A stretch of DNA of 64,000 bases from the IMG/VR virus record IMGVR_UViG_3300030450_001823, positions 33,236 to 97,235 of that record, one strand, 5' to 3'. The DNA is from a virus. Position 1 is the stretch's first letter. Every line of letters starts with the position of its first letter. The position numbers were made by a program, and so were the translations under genes. The notes below the pieces were generated by a model, which saw only the letters and a list, made by a program, of their open reading frames with translations, was not told the origin of the DNA and did no database searches. Shown here piece after piece: positions 58,349-64,000 of the stretch.

Positions 58349-59002
58349 TCACCGCATACCCATCATTCTGCCCATAAAGGAGCCAGCAGCACCACCGGCT
58401 TTATCCATAAAGCCTTCATTAGCCAAAGCAGCACTTAGTGCACCGCCCATCATAGACTGTTGTGCAAATGCCATAATTTGTTGTTGTTGCATTTCTGCTT
58501 GTTGAATGTTTTGCTGACTTGTCATTTGCAAATTACTAAATTGACCTGTTACATTTTCCGCACTCATAGTCTGTAAGTTAGAAGGGAGTGATGTAATGTC
58601 AAGTTTCATTGTACCTTCATCTTCATTGATAACAAAGGTAGCACCTTTTAGAATCTCTAAAACTGAAAATGATACTAGGTCATTGAGCATTGAAAGGAAA
58701 GTACCCATTTGTTGACTAATAATAAATCGGTCAGCAGGTGCTAGGCTTTTCATTAATGCCATTTGTATTTCTGCCTCAGAAGGAGGTTGCATAGATTGCT
58801 GGCCCATTTGCTGAGCATTCATACCCATGCCTCCGGCCATACCAGCCATGAAGGGATTTTGACCTGCTTGTTGCATCATTCCATTTTGAGTAGCAAAGGG
58901 ATTGGCAGATTGTTGCATACCCATACTACTAGCACCTAAATTAAGTGCCTGTCCGTTCTGTTGTTGTGCGTTGTTATTTGAAAATAGTCCCATTTTATTC
59001 AC
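58349..59002 (-). CDS. Gln/Met/Gly-rich protein
   Basis: Low-complexity ends around a short folded core; part of the GTPase operon. Confidence 0.65.
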   Translation of the reverse strand: MNKMGLFSNNNAQQQNGQALNLGASSMGMQQSANPFATQNGMMQQAGQNPFMAGMAGGMGMNAQQMGQQSMQPPSEAEIQMALMKSLAPADRFIISQQMGTFLSMLNDLVSFSVLEILKGATFVINEDEGTMKLDITSLPSNLQTMSAENVTGQFSNLQMTSQQNIQQAEMQQQQIMAFAQQSMMGGALSAALANEGFMDKAGGAAGSFMGRMMGMR

Positions 59003-59004
59003 CT

Positions 59005-60048
59005 TTATTGTTGCGGTAATGTCATCTGCTCTGCTTGTCCCACTACGCCGCTATTGATAACAGCATTGGGCTGAGCATTAGCCAAACCTACGCCCGTCGT
59101 TGCTTCTACAGCACCGTTATTATTCTGCATTTGCATTATGCCTAAATTACTAATCGCATCACTAAGAGTCGAACCTTGTTCTGCAATTTCCTTTTGAAAT
59201 AATCTAAGGTCAAATACAATCATAGTCACATCATTTATACCTGTTTCAGGATTTTTATAATGTAGTATGTTGATACCGTTCTGAACTTTACTGTCTTTTT
59301 CTAATTGCTCAAAGAATGGCTCATACTTTTTGAGCAACTCAGGGGTATTATCCTTCTTCTTAATAATAGCAATAGGTACAGCGATTGTACTAACGCCCTT
59401 CTTTACCATCTCTTTCATACCAGTCTTAGTCTTATTGTGGTCTTTGTCAGATTCATTCTGCCATTTGCAAAGTAAATGATAAAGATGTAAATGTTCAGGG
59501 CAATATGTACCCTTCATTAGTCTACCATTAGTTACTTGTTCTCTTGCAACAAAGGCTTCGGGAGCACCTGTTACCGGGTTTTTCCAATATAATTCCCAAA
59601 GACTTTTACCAGTCTCTTCATCACAAATCTTAGTATAAAGATTATCATATTTAATCAACTCTTCACAGTCACAACCGTCAATTACACAATGACTGGTTTG
59701 GCGATTATAACGATACTTGTTACCCCAAAGCCACCTAAAGGGGTTAAGTAGACTGCGCTTAGTTGGTGTAAGAAGCCTACTGGCTTGTTTAATGTCTTGC
59801 TTTCTTGCCTTTCTAGGGTCAGCGTGACGACTGGGGTAAAAGTTAACCTTGGGCACTTCTATATTTTGCTTACTAGCAGCCGCTGCCATCCCTTGTTGTG
59901 CACTTTGCATTTCTAATAACTGAGCGTGACTAGCACTACCTTGCTGACCTAACGCCATCAAATGTGCATCACTCATATTTGCCAAATTAGCATCGTTTCT
60001 AGGTACTCTACCTGAGCCGCCGAATCCAAAGTTCATTACCATATTCAT
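59005..60048 (-). CDS. Cys/His-containing hypothetical protein
   Basis: HCVIDGCDC...YCPEHLHLYH possible metal site with low-complexity termini; directly downstream of the GTPase. Confidence 0.65.
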   Translation of the reverse strand: MNMVMNFGFGGSGRVPRNDANLANMSDAHLMALGQQGSASHAQLLEMQSAQQGMAAAASKQNIEVPKVNFYPSRHADPRKARKQDIKQASRLLTPTKRSLLNPFRWLWGNKYRYNRQTSHCVIDGCDCEELIKYDNLYTKICDEETGKSLWELYWKNPVTGAPEAFVAREQVTNGRLMKGTYCPEHLHLYHLLCKWQNESDKDHNKTKTGMKEMVKKGVSTIAVPIAIIKKKDNTPELLKKYEPFFEQLEKDSKVQNGINILHYKNPETGINDVTMIVFDLRLFQKEIAEQGSTLSDAISNLGIMQMQNNNGAVEATTGVGLANAQPNAVINSGVVGQAEQMTLPQQ

Positions 60049-60055
60049 TTCCTCC

Positions 60056-60778
60056 TTACATTGTTAGTATATCAATTAATGTGTTTTCTACATTCCAACC
60101 AATTCTTGTAGCCATCATGCCTCTACGCGTAGGTATACCCGCTTTTTGCAAACGCACTAAGTCTTCTCTAAAAGGGTCAAACATCTTATGTTCACCAAGG
60201 CGCTGTTGCTGCCAAAGTACATTTGCATTATCATCCCACCAATTATCTGCTTTGTTAGCAACGAGCATGATTACTTTAGGACAGTACTTTTTACCTCTAA
60301 GCCAAGACCTAAACTTACGATAACGATACTGACGATGAAGAATTGCATCTACAAGATATTTGAAACCGCCTACTGACTGGATTGCATCACTGCCTCCTTT
60401 AGTTGCTCTATCGTCAAACATAAACAACACCGCTTCTACATTACGATTAACCATATCATCTATCCAAAGATTCCAAAAACGCTCATCGCCACCAATGTCA
60501 GAAGAATAAACCACGCGCTTGTCTCCTTTCCAACTTACACGCTTGCGTGTAGGGCGAGGGAGCAAAAAACGATTCATTCCGGGGATTCTAAAGTGCTTAG
60601 TGCGCTCACTTTCAGGTATTTCCTCCATTTCACCCGGAGTTGTCATGTACCTGTCAAGTGTAGTTTTACCAGTCATAGGTGGGCCATAGATACCTACTCT
60701 GCGAGGAATAAAGTAATGATAAAGTTCACGAGCAAATACCATTCCACCCACAAGTGCAGACCCTCCCATTGCTGACAT
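60056..60778 (-). CDS. Small Ras-superfamily GTPase, Arf/Sar-like
   Basis: G1 GPPMTGKTT, G2 candidate ERT, G3 DIGGDERFWNLW, AVLFMFD strand, G4 VANKAD; hydrophobic/amphipathic N-terminus. Confidence 0.85.
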   Translation of the reverse strand: MSAMGGSALVGGMVFARELYHYFIPRRVGIYGPPMTGKTTLDRYMTTPGEMEEIPESERTKHFRIPGMNRFLLPRPTRKRVSWKGDKRVVYSSDIGGDERFWNLWIDDMVNRNVEAVLFMFDDRATKGGSDAIQSVGGFKYLVDAILHRQYRYRKFRSWLRGKKYCPKVIMLVANKADNWWDDNANVLWQQQRLGEHKMFDPFREDLVRLQKAGIPTRRGMMATRIGWNVENTLIDILTM

Positions 60779-60786
60779 AATATCAC

Positions 60787-61035
60787 CTAATCAAAAATTG
60801 CATCGGACCAGCCTTGTAAAGTCTCTTTTAACCAATTACCAGTATCCTCCCAAAGATTCCAATCAGTATAATACTCATAAGCACTTACCACAAAGGCAGT
60901 TAATATAGAAAATGCAATCACCTTTAACCAACCCATTCCTCTTTCATAGGCTACATCAACCATGTTAGCGGTATGCATCATTCTCAAAGTCTCTTCTACT
61001 GTATCGTCAGAAGGGGTTTTGAAAATACGGCCCAA
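60787..61035 (-). CDS. Small membrane protein
   Basis: TM segment WLKVIAFSILTAFVVSAY followed by a Trp-rich amphipathic tail. Confidence 0.65.
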   Translation of the reverse strand: MGRIFKTPSDDTVEETLRMMHTANMVDVAYERGMGWLKVIAFSILTAFVVSAYEYYTDWNLWEDTGNWLKETLQGWSDAIFD

Positions 61036-61041
61036 AAAGAA

Positions 61042-61632
61042 TCACCCCTTCTTTTGATAACGCTTATCAGGCGTACCGTCTTTTTTAAGACGGGCAGTCT
61101 CTTTATCACCAAAGTCTAAACCTAGGCTAAGTGGCTCTTTAGAATCTGTTATAGAAGTGTTAGGTACAAAGTTAGAACTATCAAAGTCATTGTTGTACAA
61201 TCTTTCCTCTACCCAAGGCGGAGTCTTACCGGGGTTTTCCTCCATCCACTTTAACTCAGTCTCAAGTTGTGCTTCTTGCATACGCATTTCCATATCTTGG
61301 CGGCGACGGTCAAAAGTAAACTCCATGCTTCTATATCGGTTTCTGCGCTCTCGCTCTTGAGCAGCCATTCTTGCTTTATCATCCATACCCTGTTGGAAAA
61401 ACATCTTGAAAAGGTAGTAAGCAAGTCCCTGTACAGCAAATGCTGCCATAGAATAAGTTACTCCATTTACCACTGGGTCTTCTAAATCTATCCATAGATT
61501 AGCATCGAATAGTCCAATTGCCATTCCGATAGATACCGCTTGTGTTAAGATTAATCCCATCAAGCGTATTTCTGCTTGGTCATGCTCTCTGTATTGTTGG
61601 TCTTGTGCTGGCACCATAATAGTCCCTCTCAC
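61042..61632 (-). CDS. Two-TM membrane protein with coiled coil
   Basis: Two hydrophobic helices, then a charged coiled coil (AAQERERRNR...MEMRMQEAQLETELKW) and C-terminal RLKKDGTPDKRY. Confidence 0.7.
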   Translation of the reverse strand: MRGTIMVPAQDQQYREHDQAEIRLMGLILTQAVSIGMAIGLFDANLWIDLEDPVVNGVTYSMAAFAVQGLAYYLFKMFFQQGMDDKARMAAQERERRNRYRSMEFTFDRRRQDMEMRMQEAQLETELKWMEENPGKTPPWVEERLYNNDFDSSNFVPNTSITDSKEPLSLGLDFGDKETARLKKDGTPDKRYQKKG

Positions 61633-61697
61633 CTATCGGGAGATGGTACATGACATAAAGTGTTCTACTAATGATTTAAGTATCACTAAAGTAAGGC

Positions 61698-61734
61698 GGG
61701 TCGGAGAATGCGAGAGGGTTGCCCCCTCCGACCC
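61698..61734. terminator. GC-rich stem-loop in intergenic region (possible terminator or RNA structure)
   Basis: gggtcggag (61698-61706) is the perfect reverse complement of ctccgaccc (61726-61734); lies between the 442-aa gene and the GTPase operon. Confidence 0.45.
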
Positions 61735-61766
61735 ATGTAGGCCGAGAAGGAAAGGGGTCTTCAAAC

Positions 61767-63095
61767 TCACTCTTCTTTTTCGTCTTTTTCAGAGTCAAGT
61801 TTCATACGCTTACCATCCTTTGATGGTCCGGGTCCGGCTTTGCTACTAATTACAATAACCATACCATGAGCGGGCTTCTTACTATCTTCCTTTTTGTTCT
61901 TGTATTCTTTACAATTACAGTTCTTTTTACCACATGCAGGGCAAACTGCCTTGTACATTATATCTTCTGCTTGTTTTAACATTCTTTCTCCTATTTTCAT
62001 ATTCTCACCTTTTGTTGCCTTTTCACCCATGCCAAATCCTCCGCCAAATTGCATAGTGTTCTCTTTACCAGTCCAAATGTCTTGAAGACCAGTTCTGTTA
62101 CTGAATTGATTATCCACGCCACCAATGTCAGTACCTTCGCCAAAGCCACTAGCAGCACCGCCTGTATTACTTTGACCAAAACCACCGCTACTAGCACCAC
62201 CATAAGCACCAAAGCCGGAGGTATTTGGGTCAACTGAATAGTCATCTGCCATATTTTGTGCAAAGTAAGGTGCTAACAAACCTGCTACAGGTCCAGCCAA
62301 TTGCGTTGCTCTACCAGCAGCACCCATCACACGACCCATAGGCTGCGTAGGTCTGAAACTAGTAGGACTATTACCGTATGTGGTCAAACGATTACCTAAC
62401 TTACTTTCAAGAGGTGCTGTATAACGAGCGGCTTTATCAGAAACTTGTTGAACTTTTGCTTGGTGCTGCATAGCGGGAGTAACAGCGGGTTTAGTCATAA
62501 CCGTATTCCTTTGTAACCAAGTCGGGCCTCGCGTTCCTCTACCAATTCCATATTGAGCAGGTCTTCCACTAAACTGACTAACAGGACCAACATCGGCTGC
62601 TGCTTCTGCTCTTGCAGCCGCTATCCTACCCCGATTAATACCGTCTGTTCTTGCAGCGAGTCTACCACCTGCTGTTCTTGCAAGTGGTTTTGAAACTCCC
62701 GCAGCCCCTAGTCCTCTTGCTGCTGCACCTGCTCCTCTTACATAGGTAAAAGGATTAATCGCTTGGGTAGCACCAGTCGCCGCTCCACCGAGTAAATCAT
62801 ACCACTCAGGGTCTTCAACTTCATGCCTACCAAGATAGCCTCCTGTAATAGGGTCTTCATACCGAGCCTTTTCTCCAATACCACCAAAAAACTTCTTATC
62901 AGGGTCTCCCCAAGCGTCAAAGCCATGCATACCTGCGCCTCGTGCAGCACCGTATGCTCCAAACGCTAAAGGAATAAGGGGTAAAAACTTCTCAACCTTG
63001 TCAGGGTCATTTGTCTGTTTTAAGACAGCCCAAGCAGCGTCACTCGGTGACAAATCTGACTTCGACATGTACATTCCCACTGCCTCTGTTTTCAT
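61767..63095 (-). CDS. Gly/Ala-rich protein with N-terminal AWxxLK tag (possible ejection protein)
   Basis: SPSDAAWAVLKQ, then hydrophobic Gly/Ala helices; C-terminal CPACGKKNCNC. Confidence 0.65.
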   Translation of the reverse strand: MKTEAVGMYMSKSDLSPSDAAWAVLKQTNDPDKVEKFLPLIPLAFGAYGAARGAGMHGFDAWGDPDKKFFGGIGEKARYEDPITGGYLGRHEVEDPEWYDLLGGAATGATQAINPFTYVRGAGAAARGLGAAGVSKPLARTAGGRLAARTDGINRGRIAAARAEAAADVGPVSQFSGRPAQYGIGRGTRGPTWLQRNTVMTKPAVTPAMQHQAKVQQVSDKAARYTAPLESKLGNRLTTYGNSPTSFRPTQPMGRVMGAAGRATQLAGPVAGLLAPYFAQNMADDYSVDPNTSGFGAYGGASSGGFGQSNTGGAASGFGEGTDIGGVDNQFSNRTGLQDIWTGKENTMQFGGGFGMGEKATKGENMKIGERMLKQAEDIMYKAVCPACGKKNCNCKEYKNKKEDSKKPAHGMVIVISSKAGPGPSKDGKRMKLDSEKDEKEE

Positions 63096-63252
63096 AAGCC
63101 TGTCGCAAAAAACGATAATGGTCTACTGCATTCATCAATAATGAAATGTTTTCCCAAGAGTCTTTTTTGTCTACAAACGCATCAAGGTGCATAATATCTT
63201 TTTCTGACTGTTTTAACATATCAGTCAGTAGTATGCTCCACCAATCTTCCAC
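63040..63252 (-). CDS. Small hypothetical protein
   Basis: 70-aa ORF on the coding strand filling the gap between neighbours. Confidence 0.45.
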   Translation of the reverse strand: MEDWWSILLTDMLKQSEKDIMHLDAFVDKKDSWENISLLMNAVDHYRFLRQAYENRGSGNVHVEVRFVTE

Positions 63253-63272
63253 GCTTACCCTACCGTGTGATA

Positions 63273-63539
63273 TTACTTAAGCGTGCCTCGCTCTTTGAAA
63301 TGACGAGCACGGTTTGCATGAGGGTCTTCTGCGACCATAGTGCCTTCTTTGGTATGACTCATATCAGGACCACCTTGCCCATAAATACCACGCTTACGAC
63401 GCTCTTGGTTCAAAGACTCACGATATTTGACTCTTTCAGGATTAGATTCATATTTTTTATCATACTCTACTTTATGACGCAGTGCTTCGGGAGAAGAAGC
63501 ATGCTTTAACATACGCCAAGCGATGTCGAAGGCAGTCAT
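63273..63539 (-). CDS. Small HNH-like protein with N-terminal AWxxLK tag
   Basis: MTAFDIAWRMLKH..., then Y.KKY...R.K.R..LN..RR...G.D.SH......ED...NRAR, a minimal HNH-like pattern. Confidence 0.55.
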   Translation of the reverse strand: MTAFDIAWRMLKHASSPEALRHKVEYDKKYESNPERVKYRESLNQERRKRGIYGQGGPDMSHTKEGTMVAEDPHANRARHFKERGTLK

Positions 63540-63540
63540 C

Positions 63541-64000
63541 TCATTGTTCACCTTCACTCACCCCGACATGGCCTTCATCTTCCATTTGACTCCAAAATTG
63601 GTGAGCGTTGCCCTCGCCAAGTATTTCATCCCGACTCACATACGGCTTGAAATTAGGGTATCGGGCTTGTATCTCCGCAATCATTTCCAATAATCGTTCT
63701 CTCCCCAAACCTTGTCCTTGTAATTGATGTGGAATCCCAAAAGCATGAATCAATCCCTCTTTGGTTGCACTTCCTCTTGCATCATCCGGTTCAGAAGTCC
63801 AACCAATATCGCCTTCTTTTGTATTGCTAAGGTCATGCAGAAAATCATCCAAAACACCTTCTTGTGGGTGGGTCTGTTGATTCCATGTTTTAGGGGCCTT
63901 TTCGCCTCTTTCATACAAAGGCATCTTGAGCAACCGCCAAGCGAGGTCCATAGGTTCGCCTTTGTTGTAACCTCGTTTTTGTTGAAGGACAGGGACCGGA
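63541..64000 (-). CDS. GNAT acetyltransferase-like domain preceded by GEPMDLAWRLLK tag (ORF open to window edge)
   Basis: IHAFGIPHQLQGQGLGR (acetyl-CoA motif A) and AHQFW. The frame stays open upstream of ATG 63951 (...QQKRGYNKGEP-MDLAW). Confidence 0.6.
   Translation of the reverse strand, partial: PVPVLQQKRGYNKGEPMDLAWRLLKMPLYERGEKAPKTWNQQTHPQEGVLDDFLHDLSNTKEGDIGWTSEPDDARGSATKEGLIHAFGIPHQLQGQGLGRERLLEMIAEIQARYPNFKPYVSRDEILGEGNAHQFWSQMEDEGHVGVSEGEQ

Noticed and set aside
1-64000. tRNA, rRNA, integrase or IS elements
   Set aside because: None recognised by eye; intergenic space is minimal. tRNAscan-SE and Infernal would be needed to exclude small RNAs formally.

Overview
This window is a 64-kb piece of a large tailed archaeal virus (Caudoviricetes) genome. 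It most resembles the 'magroviruses' of Marine Group II Euryarchaeota (Poseidoniales), an inference from the archaeal-type primase, ERCC4 nuclease, MCM-like ATPase, virus-encoded group II chaperonin and GGTGA-type Shine-Dalgarno sites. Bases 1-4835 (+) hold the end of the replication block: PriL C-terminus, ERCC4/XPF nuclease, MCM-like ATPase, DEDD exonuclease and thermosome. Almost everything from 4836 to 64000 is on the - strand. Read in transcription order it contains: small cargo-like genes, an Arf-like small GTPase/membrane-protein operon, a TerS candidate, three low-complexity proteins, TerL, a LAGLIDADG-domain protein, portal, a 1816-aa protein with a degenerate DNA-ligase domain, prohead protease/scaffold, HK97 major capsid protein, neck and tail genes, and a 5723-aa adhesin-like giant. 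Main hunt results: (1) a short peptide tag, (GEP)[MIF]-D-x-A-W-x-x-L-(x)-K, occurs 8 times in 6 otherwise unrelated proteins (HD hydrolase, GNAT-like, HNH-like, Gly-rich and others) and ends in a Lys like the [ILVM]-x-K|[ASG] sites of the capsid and scaffold proteins, suggesting a capsid-loading and proteolytic-release system for effector cargo; (2) a virus-encoded Arf-like GTPase module with membrane partners; (3) three families of ~70-aa beta modules shuffled among four structural proteins; (4) a probable tail-chaperone frameshift next to a tape-measure-like protein of only 160 aa; (5) a catalytically degenerate ligase domain in the head module. All functional calls come from reading motifs by eye; no searches were run.
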